DNA from: an uncultured Candidatus Saccharibacteria bacterium
GTDB lineage: Bacteria; Patescibacteriota; Minisyncoccia; SW-4-49-11
Direction: 5' to 3'
Assembly: GCA_964585065.1 (NCBI GenBank)
Contig: CAZPCB010000001.1
Span: 80,034-144,033, forward strand
Length of the DNA: 64,000 nt
Part shown: piece by piece, positions 26,896 to 36,803 of the stretch
Numbering within the stretch: position 1 is the first letter of the stretch
Layout: each line of letters starts with the position of its first letter
Translations under genes and position numbers: made by a program
The notes under the pieces: model-generated
What the model saw: the letters and a program-made list of their open reading frames with translations, nothing else
What the model was told of the DNA's origin: nothing
The model's database searches: none

Positions 26896-27612
26896 ATGAA
26901 TCCTATCATCAAAGACATACAAAACTCCCTTCGCCAATATGCTAGTCCCGAGAGGAAGCGGAATGTGGAGATATTCTTTAAGACAGGAAAAGGGCAATAT
27001 GGAGAGGGAGATGAGTTCATTGGAGTAAGTAATCCCGATATTAGGAAAGTTGCCCGAGAATATAAAGATATCTCCTTAGATGAGATAGAATTACTACTCT
27101 ATTCCCCTATTCATGAGGATAGACTTTGTGCTCTCATTATACTCGTCAATCAGAATACAAAAGCCAATCCAGAAGCTCAAAAAGAGATAGTAAAACTGTA
27201 TATTGTTAATTTACAATATATCAATAATTGGGATCTGGTAGATCTCTCAGCTCATTATATACTCGGTAAAGCCATATATGATGGAATACAGGAGAAAAGC
27301 ATACTGGACACCCTAGTGGTCTCCCCTATTCTCTGGGAGAGAAGAGTAGCTATTATATCTACCTTTTATTTTATCCGCAAAGCTGATATTGATGAAACCT
27401 TGAGATTATCCAAAATTTTACTCACAGATAAGGAAGATTTAATGCATAAAGCTGTAGGCTGGGCTCTCAGGGAAGCTTGGAAAAAAGACTCCCCTCGAGT
27501 AGAAGCATTCCTCCAAGAGAATTATCCTCAACTCCCCCGCACTACCCTCCGCTATGCTATTGAGAGAATGGAGGAAAGTAAACGCAAGAAATTTTTGAAG
27601 GGTTTTATTTAG
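26896..27612 (+). CDS. DNA alkylation repair protein (AlkD/AlkC-like HEAT-repeat glycosylase family).
   Basis: 'WDLVDLSAHYILGK', 'WERRVAIIS', 'HKAVGWALREAWKKD' match the PF08713 DNA_alkylation pattern. Confidence 0.8.
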   Translation: MNPIIKDIQNSLRQYASPERKRNVEIFFKTGKGQYGEGDEFIGVSNPDIRKVAREYKDISLDEIELLLYSPIHEDRLCALIILVNQNTKANPEAQKEIVKLYIVNLQYINNWDLVDLSAHYILGKAIYDGIQEKSILDTLVVSPILWERRVAIISTFYFIRKADIDETLRLSKILLTDKEDLMHKAVGWALREAWKKDSPRVEAFLQENYPQLPRTTLRYAIERMEESKRKKFLKGFI

Positions 27613-27761
27613 TAAAGATAATTAATTACGAGGCTTAATAATCAAGAGTCCAACTATTTGTATAAGTGGTATGTTTCTTTAATTTTTACAAGTTATTCTA
27701 TTAGTGTTTATATGAAATCAATATTAAAAATCTGAGTATAAGTTTTGTTAAAAGTGAAAAT

Positions 27762-27853
27762 TGGCGGAGAGAGAGAGATTTGAACTCTCGATAGGTTTGA
27801 CCCTATACTGCGTTTCGAATGCAGCGCAATAAACCGGACTATGCGATCTCTCC
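27762..27853 (-). tRNA. tRNA-Ser (anticodon CGA), type II with a long variable arm. CCA is encoded.
   Basis: Acceptor GGAGAGA/UCUCUCC, 3-bp D-stem, anticodon loop UUCGAAA, variable arm AUAGG-GUCAAA-CCUAU, T-arm GAGAG-UUCAAAU-CUCUC, then G-CCA. Confidence 0.8.
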
Positions 27854-27933
27854 AATAGTATGTATTATGGTCTATTTTTGTGATTATTTCAAGATAATGA
27901 TAGGATATATTCATAGTATAAACTCATATTTTT

Positions 27934-28143
27934 ATGTCATTCCAAGCCTATCTTGACAATATTTATACCAAAACAGGTAAAACTCCTGAAGATTTTCGTG
28001 AATTAGCTAAAGCCAAGGGATTATTTACTCCAGAGACCAAGGCTACGGCTATTATTAATTGGTTGCATGAAGATTTTGATTTAGGACGTGGTCATGCTAT
28101 GGCTATTGTAGCTACTTTTAAACAATTTCATAAAGAGCAATAA
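27934..28143 (+). CDS. DUF4287 family small protein.
   Basis: 'MSFQAYLDNIYTKTGKTPEDFRELAKAKGL' is the conserved DUF4287 N-terminus. Confidence 0.6.
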   Translation: MSFQAYLDNIYTKTGKTPEDFRELAKAKGLFTPETKATAIINWLHEDFDLGRGHAMAIVATFKQFHKEQ

Positions 28144-28172
28144 AGAAAAAAAGCCCTCCAAGTTGGACGGCT

Positions 28173-28658
28173 TTATTGAAGTACCCAGACAACAATGAGA
28201 GTCAAAGCAATCAATACTTTCCCAATATGTACCCAAAATGGTGTTACAAAGGGGAGATAATGAGGGATGAAAGAGTTTTGATAGGGTTCTTGCCCTCCCT
28301 TAGACATATACACTTTTTCCCAGAGTGTTAGAGGACATTTCCCTTTATTGAGAATAGGGAAAATTGCCACGCCACTAAAGAAAATGGTGTATGAAACAAG
28401 AAATCCTAAGGAGGCAAAAGGAGTATAGGCAATTCCAAATAAAACCATCAATACCAAGATTTTGTGTAAATTGGCAATTCTTTTTGCCATTATCAAATAC
28501 TCCGCTTGAGAGACCTGATCACTTTTAGGAGTGGAACTCAACATTGGACTTGTAACAAAGAACATAATTATACTAGCATAATATATTAATTGAATCAAAA
28601 CAATATACATATATATTTTATCTTGCCCTCCATAGCCTCTTATGATAGTATAATACAT
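28173..28658 (-). CDS. Hypothetical membrane protein (161 aa).
   Basis: 4 predicted TM helices. Confidence 0.35.
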   Translation of the reverse strand: MYYTIIRGYGGQDKIYMYIVLIQLIYYASIIMFFVTSPMLSSTPKSDQVSQAEYLIMAKRIANLHKILVLMVLFGIAYTPFASLGFLVSYTIFFSGVAIFPILNKGKCPLTLWEKVYMSKGGQEPYQNSFIPHYLPFVTPFWVHIGKVLIALTLIVVWVLQ

Positions 28659-28675
28659 ATATTACAATACATTAT

Positions 28676-30511
28676 ATGAGTGAAAAATTATCTCTAGATA
28701 CAAAAAGACATACCGGTGCACATATACTCGCAGCTGCAGTTTATGAAATGTTCCCAGAAGCTCAATTTGGAGTTGGTCCTACTACTGAGAATGGATTTTA
28801 TTATGATATTCTCCTTCCTCGTACTCTTATACCAGAGGATTTACCTTTGCTTGAGGATAAGATGAAGGCTATTATTAAGGCAAATTTACCTGTTGAGAGA
28901 AGTGAACTCGCTATTGATGATGCAATTGCTCATTTTCGACAAGCTGGGCAATTATTGAAGGTGGAATTATTACAGGATCTTAAAACTCATGGGACTACTA
29001 ATTTTACTGAGATTTATGGAAATGATGAGGCTAATTCAACTCAAGATAAAGCTGATGTCCAGACTGTTAGTGTATATAAAATTGGTAATTTTATAGATTT
29101 ATGTCGTGGTCCTCATATTGAGACTACGGGGCAATTAGATATTACGGCTTTTAGTCTCGACAGTATATCTGCTTCCTATTTCCGAGGAGATCAGAGTCGA
29201 GAGAGTATGCAGAGAATTTATGGCATATTATTCCATTCCAAAAAGGAATTAAAAGAATTTTTGCATAATCGAGAAGAAGCAAAAAAGAGAGATCATCGTG
29301 TATTAGGGAAAAGTTTAGGATTATTTACTTTCTCAGAACTTGTAGGTTCGGGGCTTCCTCTTTATACTCCTGCTGGGACAACTTTGAAGAATAATATTGC
29401 TGGGTTATTAAGGCAAATAAGTAAAAAATATGGAGCTGAGGAAGTATCTATTCCGCATATTGCCAAAAGAGAATTATACGAAATTAGTGGCCATGCTCAA
29501 AAGTTTTCTGAAGAACTCTTGACGGTACACAGTCATTATCAGCAAGATTTTGTATTAAAACCAGTAAATTGTCCTCATCATACGCAAATTTTTGCATCTG
29601 AGCCTCGTAGTTATCGTGATTTGCCTATTCGGTATATTGAGTCAACAATGCAATATAGAGATGAGAAGCCAGGACAAATTGGAGGGCTTACTCGTACTAG
29701 AGGATTCTCAGTAGATGATGGTCATACATTCTTAGCTGTAGATGATATTAAAGATGAGGTGCGTTTAATGATTGATACCATTAAAGATTTTTATACTAGT
29801 TTTGGGCTATGGGAGAATAAATGGGTTTCTCTTTCAGTAAGAGATTATAGTGATTTGACTAAATATACTGGAGTACCTGAGGATTGGGATAAGGCTGAGG
29901 CTATGTTAGAGTCTATTGCTGAGGAAAATGGTCTAGAAGCTCAAAAATGTGAAGGAGAGGCTGCTATTTATGGTCCTAAGCTTGACTTTATGTTCTATGA
30001 TGCTTTAGGTAATAAGCGACAATTAGCTACAATTCAATTAGACTTTGCAACTCCTAAACGATTTGAACTCGAATATATTGATGAGGAAGGAAATGCACAA
30101 ACTCCAGTTATGATTCACAGAGCTATCTTGGGATCATATGAGCGATTCCTCGCTATCCTCATTGAGCATTATGCAGGGCGATTTCCCTACTGGTTAGCCC
30201 CAACTCAAGTATCGGTATTGACGGTAAATGATTCGGATGAAGTCTCTGAATATACCAAGAATATTATTGAACAATTAGATACTATTGTATTATCCTCCCC
30301 TCTCAAATATAATGAGCTTCGCTATACTATAGATAAAAGCTCTGAGTCTTTGGGTAAAAAAATCCGTAATGCAGAATTACAAAAAATTCCAGTCATTATT
30401 ATTGTTGGTCCAAAAGATATAGAAGCTAATCAAGTAAGCATCCGAACTCATACTGGGGAAAGTAAAATTGCTTTAACAGAATTACCAGAATTTTTAGAAA
30501 ACTTTCAATAG
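28676..30511 (+). CDS. thrS: Threonine--tRNA ligase, lacking the N-terminal TGS domain.
   Basis: Editing-domain 'RHTGAHILAAAV...GPTTENGFYYDI' aligns to the E. coli 'RHSCAHLLGHAI...GPVIDNGFYYDV'. Class II motifs 'FRDE...GLTRTRGFSVDDGHTF' and the anticodon-binding domain. Confidence 0.9.
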   Translation: MSEKLSLDTKRHTGAHILAAAVYEMFPEAQFGVGPTTENGFYYDILLPRTLIPEDLPLLEDKMKAIIKANLPVERSELAIDDAIAHFRQAGQLLKVELLQDLKTHGTTNFTEIYGNDEANSTQDKADVQTVSVYKIGNFIDLCRGPHIETTGQLDITAFSLDSISASYFRGDQSRESMQRIYGILFHSKKELKEFLHNREEAKKRDHRVLGKSLGLFTFSELVGSGLPLYTPAGTTLKNNIAGLLRQISKKYGAEEVSIPHIAKRELYEISGHAQKFSEELLTVHSHYQQDFVLKPVNCPHHTQIFASEPRSYRDLPIRYIESTMQYRDEKPGQIGGLTRTRGFSVDDGHTFLAVDDIKDEVRLMIDTIKDFYTSFGLWENKWVSLSVRDYSDLTKYTGVPEDWDKAEAMLESIAEENGLEAQKCEGEAAIYGPKLDFMFYDALGNKRQLATIQLDFATPKRFELEYIDEEGNAQTPVMIHRAILGSYERFLAILIEHYAGRFPYWLAPTQVSVLTVNDSDEVSEYTKNIIEQLDTIVLSSPLKYNELRYTIDKSSESLGKKIRNAELQKIPVIIIVGPKDIEANQVSIRTHTGESKIALTELPEFLENFQ

Positions 30512-30513
30512 AT

Positions 30514-31104
30514 TTAATATTGTAGGAATATTCCAATTATAATAAGAAAAGCTCCTATTCCAAGGTTCACATAAGGCTGTTTAGAATCTATTTTCTCCCC
30601 TAATTGATGTAATTTATCTTTCATTGTATTGATTATTTCCTTACTATCGGTAACTGCAATTAACCAAAATAGTATAATCGGTATATGAAAAGCTATATTA
30701 AGTCCGGTATTGGCAATAATACGATAAATGGTCTTATCAAATAATATATTGATTTGAATAGATAAAAACACATATTCCACTAAAGCTGGAAAATCTATAA
30801 AAGGAGCTATAATCCCCATCACAAAAGGGAGAGTTCCATAATATTTTGGATAAGTTTTGACTTTTTTAGATTTAGGGATTTTAGGTATTAGAGCATAGAT
30901 AATCAAAGCTATGCCTAATAGAATTAATACATAACTATTTATAAGTCCAATATATTGTTTCCACTGATCAATAGTATCCTCTAGTCCCCAAATTATCACA
31001 CCTGAGATTATAAAATGAATCAAGAACAACCCTACCAAAAACCAAAACATATTTTTAGCAGATTTGGAATGAGCCAAATAATATAGACTCAGTATAACTG
31101 TCAT
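30514..31104 (-). CDS. Hypothetical membrane protein (196 aa).
   Basis: 5-6 TM helices. Confidence 0.35.
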   Translation of the reverse strand: MTVILSLYYLAHSKSAKNMFWFLVGLFLIHFIISGVIIWGLEDTIDQWKQYIGLINSYVLILLGIALIIYALIPKIPKSKKVKTYPKYYGTLPFVMGIIAPFIDFPALVEYVFLSIQINILFDKTIYRIIANTGLNIAFHIPIILFWLIAVTDSKEIINTMKDKLHQLGEKIDSKQPYVNLGIGAFLIIIGIFLQY

Positions 31105-31117
31105 ATATTTTTATATA

Positions 31118-32500
31118 TTAGAATTCTCCAAAAGTTTCACTATTAAGATATTGCCCAATATCCTCAATATCTATTCTCAGTTGCTCCATAGTATCTCTAT
31201 GCCTGATTGTCACAGTTCCTTCAGACAAAGTCTCATAATCTACTGTTACACACCAAGGTGTCCCAATTTCATCCTGCCTGCGATATCTCTTTCCGATTGA
31301 TCCGGCCATATCCATATCCGCAAGTATCCCCTTTTTACGTAAATTCATATAGATTTCTTTGGCGCCCTCAGCGAGGCCATCTTTTTTCATCAATGGGAGT
31401 ATAGCAATTTTATATGGTGCAATTTTATAAGGGAATTTGAGTACAATACGACTTTCATCACTTCCTGTAATTTTCTCCTCATTATAGAATTCAAAGAGAG
31501 AAGATAAGAGAAGTCTATTTACTCCGAGTGAAGTCTCAATCACATAAGGGAAATATTGCTCATTGGTCTCAGCATCACGATAGCGCAAATCTTTACCACT
31601 AAATTCACTATGCTGCTTGGTATCATAGTCAGTACGATTATGTATACCCTCCATTTCTTTAAATCCCAAAGCCCCAAATTCATAATCTATATCCCATGCA
31701 TCTTTCGCATAAAATACCAACTTTTCATGTTGTCTAAATTTGAGATGTTCAGGATTATACCCGAGATACTCTGTATAGAATGTATAGCGATAATCTTTCC
31801 AGAATTTATACCATTCATCTTCCACTCCTGGTTTAACAAAAAACTGTAAATCTATTTGTTCGAATTCACGAGTACGGAAAATATATTGTTTAACCGTAAT
31901 CTCATTACGAAAAGCTTTACCAAGTTGTGCAATTCCAAATGGTAATTTACGTCGACTTGTCTCTTGTACTAATTTCCAATTTACATAAATATTCTGACAA
32001 GCCTCTCCTTTTAGATAAGCAACTGTAGACTCATCAACAGTTGCTCCAAGATGAGTTTGTACTAAAAGATTAAATTGTTTTGCACTTGTGAGAGGATTCC
32101 CATCTGGGGATAGAATATTATTCTCTTTAATCACCTTATCTGTCTCTTCTGGAGAAAGGCTATCTGCATTATCCATAATACCAGCATCCTCAATCAAATG
32201 GTCAGCCCGATAGCGTTTATGAGTAACCGTATCCTCTACCAAAAGATCCGCAAATCCTCCAATATGACCACTTGCTTCCCAAACTTTAGGGTGAAGGAAT
32301 ATAGATCCTTCAATCTCAACGACATCATCTCTGAAAGTCACCATATAATCTCGCCATGCTTGCACGAGATTGTCTTTTAGTAATTTACCCAAAGGCCCAA
32401 AATCATAAACAGCTGAATATCCTCCATAAATCTCGGAGGAGGGGAATATAAACCCATTGCGATGAGCATATTTTACAATTGTATCCAGTTTTGTTGACAT
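31118..32500 (-). CDS. glyQS: Glycine--tRNA ligase, alpha2 homodimeric type.
   Basis: 'GFIFPSSEIYGGYSAVYDFGPLGKLLKDNLVQAWRD' is the eukaryote-like GlyRS N-terminal signature, with class II motifs. Confidence 0.9.
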   Translation of the reverse strand: MSTKLDTIVKYAHRNGFIFPSSEIYGGYSAVYDFGPLGKLLKDNLVQAWRDYMVTFRDDVVEIEGSIFLHPKVWEASGHIGGFADLLVEDTVTHKRYRADHLIEDAGIMDNADSLSPEETDKVIKENNILSPDGNPLTSAKQFNLLVQTHLGATVDESTVAYLKGEACQNIYVNWKLVQETSRRKLPFGIAQLGKAFRNEITVKQYIFRTREFEQIDLQFFVKPGVEDEWYKFWKDYRYTFYTEYLGYNPEHLKFRQHEKLVFYAKDAWDIDYEFGALGFKEMEGIHNRTDYDTKQHSEFSGKDLRYRDAETNEQYFPYVIETSLGVNRLLLSSLFEFYNEEKITGSDESRIVLKFPYKIAPYKIAILPLMKKDGLAEGAKEIYMNLRKKGILADMDMAGSIGKRYRRQDEIGTPWCVTVDYETLSEGTVTIRHRDTMEQLRIDIEDIGQYLNSETFGEF

Positions 32501-32562
32501 AAAATATAATATATTAGGTAGTTGTATCTAGTATACCAAATAACTGTATTCTTGTGAACAAA

Positions 32563-33126
32563 TTACCCCCAAGCCCCTTCTGTATGATCCTTATCCTCCA
32601 ATATATCTTCTATAGAATTTAAAAGCTCTTCTTTTTTCTTTTTGACGGCAAGTTCTATTAAGTCTCGCATACTATTAGCATCTTGTATCAGCATTGAGCT
32701 TGCATGTTGCCTGTGATATACCCCTCCAGCCCGTAGTACATCAGGAAAATCTTTAGTACAAATAGTAGGTACAGATTCAAATTCTTCAATTTCTAATATG
32801 AGGAGTTGCTTAGTCTCATATTCTACAGTTTTGATAGTATATCGAGGTAATGGATCAAGATAATTACTTATATATTGATCAATCCAAGTTCTGTCTACAC
32901 TTGCTAAATCCTCAGCAGTAAGTCCTGTTATTTCTTTTTTATCCGATACTCCGAATATGAGCATTCCTCCATCAGGCATATTAGATATAGCGGCTATATG
33001 TTTAGCGAGTTTTACCTTACGATATTCATCAAAAGTATGCCAATTGAATTCTTGCTTGAAGTCTATATGATTATCTTCATAGCTTTCTTTAATCACTTTG
33101 TCTAATAGCTCGGGAGTATACTGCAT
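32563..33126 (-). CDS. Hypothetical cytoplasmic protein (187 aa).
   Basis: ORF only. Confidence 0.35.
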   Translation of the reverse strand: MQYTPELLDKVIKESYEDNHIDFKQEFNWHTFDEYRKVKLAKHIAAISNMPDGGMLIFGVSDKKEITGLTAEDLASVDRTWIDQYISNYLDPLPRYTIKTVEYETKQLLILEIEEFESVPTICTKDFPDVLRAGGVYHRQHASSMLIQDANSMRDLIELAVKKKKEELLNSIEDILEDKDHTEGAWG

Positions 33127-33136
33127 AAGTGTAGAA

Positions 33137-34507
33137 TTAATATAATGGTCTTGGCATTGGCATTACCTCATTCATCCCAGATTGGAAAAGTAATAAATAT
33201 AAACCTAATATAATCGCAAACCAAATAAATTGTAAGATTATAACAGACAATACATTACCCCAACCTTTCCTCAGGCCAACCATAATAGCAGGAGCAAGTA
33301 GAATAAGTGTATATAATAAAGTTGTAATAACTGATATTAGGGAGCTAAAGCTTGGATCATAAAGAAAAGATTGCCAGTTATTATATTGATTTAATATTCT
33401 AAGCACAATATTCACAATAATTATTAAGATAACCGAGCCCAAACTTACCAATATATTAGTTAAATTAAATAAATTAATGGAGTTTTTATTAGCAATATTA
33501 TTAGCTTTATCTTGAGTTTTGGTAGTCTCATCTGCCCCCTTTTTAGATTTGGAACTTATATATTTTGAGATGAGATAAATCAATACAATAATGGCAGCAA
33601 TCACGAGAATTATAATGATAATTTCATTAAGATAAAGCCTCAACCAATTCTTGGCATATTCTCCTCTGACATTAAAACTCTCATTAGGAGCAAGACTTTT
33701 GCCCTCTTTGATAATTGCTCCATAAGAGCCAATATTACTAACTACCCTGTCTAATTCCCTACTAGATATCGCTGATGAATCTCCCAGTTTAGCCATAGGA
33801 ATAGCTCCAGCACCTTCATTGTAATTAACCGAGGACTGCTTACCTTTTAGTAATAAATCACTATCTACATCTACCGCTACTTTAGTTGATTGTATTCTAG
33901 AATTTACTCGTATAGTCTCAAAATTAAATTTATATAGACCAAAACTATTATCTACATACCCCTTGGTAGCATAAGAGATAATAAGCGCAGTAGATTTAGA
34001 AGGATCGACTGAATTAGGTAAAATCAAATTATAAGTGTTTCCCGTTTTCGTATATTTGATTTTAGTATATTCTGCTGATTGTCCTGAGCCATAGTAATAA
34101 TAATCTTGTCCATAATCTGGGTCTCTATATTCCAAACACTTATTAGGTTGAGTATTATAATCATATCTTACACATTCTGGAGGTAATTTCATCTGATACA
34201 TTATCATCTCATAGGGATCAACATTTGGAATTTCAAAACTAAAATCACCGAGAGCCTGCTCCTCTCGATTAGGGATAACTATTTTAGCATAGGTAATAGC
34301 CTCACCATTACCACGAAAGACCACACTATAGGAATGCTTTTGCCCAAATAAAAGTGAGTTGGAAGTATCAGGGGGTATAGGTATAATAGGAGCTATATCT
34401 GGAGCCACAGAATTAGCTTCTTGAGCTAAGACAATACCCCCAAAGTTAGCTAAAAACAGACCTAGAACTAGTACTAGAGCTATAGATTTTGTAATTATTT
34501 TATGCAT
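33137..34507 (-). CDS. Hypothetical surface protein with a signal peptide and C-terminal multi-TM anchor.
   Basis: 'MHKIITKSIALVLVLGLFLANFGGIVLAQE' signal. About 280-aa extracytoplasmic region, then 4 TM segments. Confidence 0.4.
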   Translation of the reverse strand: MHKIITKSIALVLVLGLFLANFGGIVLAQEANSVAPDIAPIIPIPPDTSNSLLFGQKHSYSVVFRGNGEAITYAKIVIPNREEQALGDFSFEIPNVDPYEMIMYQMKLPPECVRYDYNTQPNKCLEYRDPDYGQDYYYYGSGQSAEYTKIKYTKTGNTYNLILPNSVDPSKSTALIISYATKGYVDNSFGLYKFNFETIRVNSRIQSTKVAVDVDSDLLLKGKQSSVNYNEGAGAIPMAKLGDSSAISSRELDRVVSNIGSYGAIIKEGKSLAPNESFNVRGEYAKNWLRLYLNEIIIIILVIAAIIVLIYLISKYISSKSKKGADETTKTQDKANNIANKNSINLFNLTNILVSLGSVILIIIVNIVLRILNQYNNWQSFLYDPSFSSLISVITTLLYTLILLAPAIMVGLRKGWGNVLSVIILQFIWFAIILGLYLLLFQSGMNEVMPMPRPLY

Positions 34508-34626
34508 ATTTTTATTTAGTAGTTTAATACTAAATATATTATAGCATATATTTAGAAAATTATCTCAAATTTAGAGAAAGCAAATATTCTCAGAAAAAAA
34601 CTTTTACAACTAATATAGTAGTGATT

Positions 34627-34971
34627 TTATTCGTTGTGATTTTGATTGACTTTAAAAGCAATAATTCTCTCAATCAAATCATAAGGAATAGGTTTATCAA
34701 GAGGAAATTGTACAGACCCCTTACCTTGTTTATATTGAGATAATTCTTGCGTAAATTGTTTATGAGCTTTAGGATTGGCATATAATCCAATATGATGTTC
34801 AAAGGCGGCAAAATATACCAGAGGCTTATTGTTTAGCTTAAAAGCAGGCATTGCATAAGAAATACTCTCCTCAGCCTCTGGAGCTAAAGTCTTGACCAAA
34901 TCATATAGCTTATTCAAGATGATTTGTGTTGATTCAGGGAATTGTGATATATATTCAGGTATAGAATTCAT
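34627..34971 (-). CDS. DUF1801 (YdhG-like) domain protein.
   Basis: 'ISYAMPAFKLNNKPLVYFAAFEHHIGLY' matches the DUF1801 core. Confidence 0.55.
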   Translation of the reverse strand: MNSIPEYISQFPESTQIILNKLYDLVKTLAPEAEESISYAMPAFKLNNKPLVYFAAFEHHIGLYANPKAHKQFTQELSQYKQGKGSVQFPLDKPIPYDLIERIIAFKVNQNHNE

Positions 34972-35232
34972 ATATTGTTAATTTACATTATATAGTATAG
35001 CATATTAAATACTCCCCTTCCCATCAAGCCCTCTCTTTACATCAGTGATATAGCAAAGCCCCCTAGAACTTAATCTAGGAGGCTTTGTATATAGTGCGCA
35101 GAAGGGAGACTTGAGTCGCAAATAAGATTTGCTCCTTGAAACCACTCGGTTTCAATACTTCCTCCACGGGAAACTCCCGTTTCCCGCCCCCTTCCCGTCA
35201 AGTCCACTTTCTTGCATACATCCAATAATAAA

Positions 35233-35270
35233 ATAAACTCTTAAGGATAATCCTCAAGAGTTTATTTTAT
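35233..35270. terminator. Bidirectional hairpin terminator downstream of tRNA-Leu.
   Basis: 'ataaactcttaagg-ataatc-ctcaagagtttat', a 14-bp stem with one mismatch, AT-flanked on both sides. Confidence 0.5.
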
Positions 35271-35276
35271 ATAGTG

Positions 35277-35365
35277 CGCAGAAGAGGACTTGAACCTCCA
35301 CGGTACTTTGTATTTTCCCACAAGCACCTCAAGCTTGCGTGTCTACCATTCCACCACCTGCGCAT
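35277..35365 (-). tRNA. tRNA-Leu (anticodon GAG), type II with a long variable arm. CCA is not encoded.
   Basis: Acceptor GCGCAGG/UCUGCGC. D-arm GUG-GAAUGGUAGA-CAC. Anticodon arm CAAGC-UUGAGGU-GCUUG. Long variable arm. T-arm GGAGG-UUCAAGU-CCUCU. Discriminator A. Confidence 0.7.
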
Positions 35366-35397
35366 TTGAGAGTTTTTAGACTCTCGGAAAGCTGATA

Positions 35398-35811
35398 TTA
35401 TTCAGCTGAGGTAATTTGTTGTTCTGGAGTAGCTTCTACTACTGGAGCTGATTTTGTTGACTCTGTAGTAATAACTTTTTTGGTTCGCTCTTTTAGACGA
35501 TATTTCTTTCCTACTGCTTCTCTCAAGTAAAAGAGTTTAGCTCGGCGAACTTTATTATGCTTTAGGATTTCTACTTTTGCAATATTAGGAGAATATATAG
35601 GGAAAATTCTCTCAACACCTATTCCAAGAGATACTTTTCTTACGGTGAAAGTAGCAGAAATACTGGTTTTTAGATGTTTTGCAATTACAATACCTTCGAA
35701 TATCTGAATTCGCTCTTTTGTTCCTTCAATAACTTTTTGATGTACTCGAACAGTATCCCCTATTTGTATAGGTTCAAATGGTAATTCTGTAGGTGTTGCT
35801 GCTGTACTCAT
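35398..35811 (-). CDS. rplS: 50S ribosomal protein L19 with a roughly 20-aa C-terminal extension.
   Basis: '[26 protein letters not shown]...[30 protein letters not shown]' is the canonical L19. Confidence 0.9.
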   Translation of the reverse strand: MSTAATPTELPFEPIQIGDTVRVHQKVIEGTKERIQIFEGIVIAKHLKTSISATFTVRKVSLGIGVERIFPIYSPNIAKVEILKHNKVRRAKLFYLREAVGKKYRLKERTKKVITTESTKSAPVVEATPEQQITSAE

Positions 35812-35849
35812 ATCATTGTCTTATATAATCTCCCTATAATGTGTTGGGG

Positions 35850-35923
35850 TGGGCGATGTAGGATTCGAACCTACGACCCTCTCGGTGTAAACGAGATGCT
35901 CTAACCAACTGAGCCAATCGCCC
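35850..35923 (-). tRNA. tRNA-Val (anticodon TAC).
   Basis: GGGCGAT-UG-GCUC-AGUUGGUUA-GAGC-A-UCUCG-UUUACAC-CGAGA-GGGUC-GUAGG-UUCGAAU-CCUAC-AUCGCCC-A. Perfect cloverleaf. Confidence 0.85.
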
Positions 35924-35962
35924 CAAGTAGTAGAATGAATCTTCTTATAGCGAAGCTCATTT

Positions 35963-36039
35963 TGGTAGCGATAGGAGGGATCGAACCTCCGACCTCGGGC
36001 TTATGAGTCCCGCGCTCTAACCAGCTGAGCTATATCGCC
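35963..36039 (-). tRNA. tRNA-Met (anticodon CAT). Elongator type is most likely, but a lysidine tRNA-Ile2 cannot be excluded. CCA is encoded.
   Basis: GGCGAUA-UA-GCUC-AGCUGGUUA-GAGC-G-CGGGA-CUCAUAA-GCCCG-AGGUC-GGAGG-UUCGAUC-CCUCC-UAUCGCU-A-CCA. Confidence 0.75.
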
Positions 36040-36063
36040 AATTAAGAGAAAGATACATCTTTG

Positions 36064-36135
<72 letters not shown>

Positions 36136-36198
36136 AATTTATATAACGCTTTACCATTATGACATATTTACAAAAATAATGCAAGAGTATATATACTT

Positions 36199-36801
36199 TT
36201 ATTTTCTATTCTGAAAAGCAGCAATTAGGGTATCTTGATCTACATATTCTAATAATGTTCCATTCGCAAGGCCTCGCCCTAGACTACTAATATTCCCCTT
36301 AAATGATTTGAGTTGTTGGCGAATATATTGCGCTGTCCTATCTCCTTGAGCTGTTGGGCTTGTGGCGATAATAATATCTTGTATATGTTCTGTTTTAATT
36401 CTCTGTAATAGTTCTATGATATGTAAATCTTCAGGCTGTGAGCCTTTAAGCGGGTCTATTACTCCTCCGAGTACATGATAGCGTCCATGAAACACTTCTA
36501 TCCTCTCTATTTGCAATATATCTTCAGCATATTCTATAATACAAATACTCCCTATATCTCTGACACTATTACTACAAATGGAACATATATCCCCTTCTGA
36601 AGTATTGAAACAAATTTGACATTGTCTCACTAATGACTTAATACCATGAATTTCTTTGGCTAATTTAGTGAGATAAGTCTGCTCTTGATTAATAAGCCAA
36701 TAAGCATAGCGGGTTGCTGTTTTGCGACCTACTCCTGGTAATTGACGAATATCTTCTATTAACTCCTTGACTGATTCAGGAGGTGTTATTTTACGATTCA
36801 T
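36199..36801 (-). CDS. recR: Recombination protein RecR.
   Basis: HhH 'LPGVGRKTATRYAYWL', C4 zinc finger 'CQICFNTSEGDICSIC', Toprim domain. Confidence 0.9.
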   Translation of the reverse strand: MNRKITPPESVKELIEDIRQLPGVGRKTATRYAYWLINQEQTYLTKLAKEIHGIKSLVRQCQICFNTSEGDICSICSNSVRDIGSICIIEYAEDILQIERIEVFHGRYHVLGGVIDPLKGSQPEDLHIIELLQRIKTEHIQDIIIATSPTAQGDRTAQYIRQQLKSFKGNISSLGRGLANGTLLEYVDQDTLIAAFQNRK

Positions 36802-36803
36802 AT

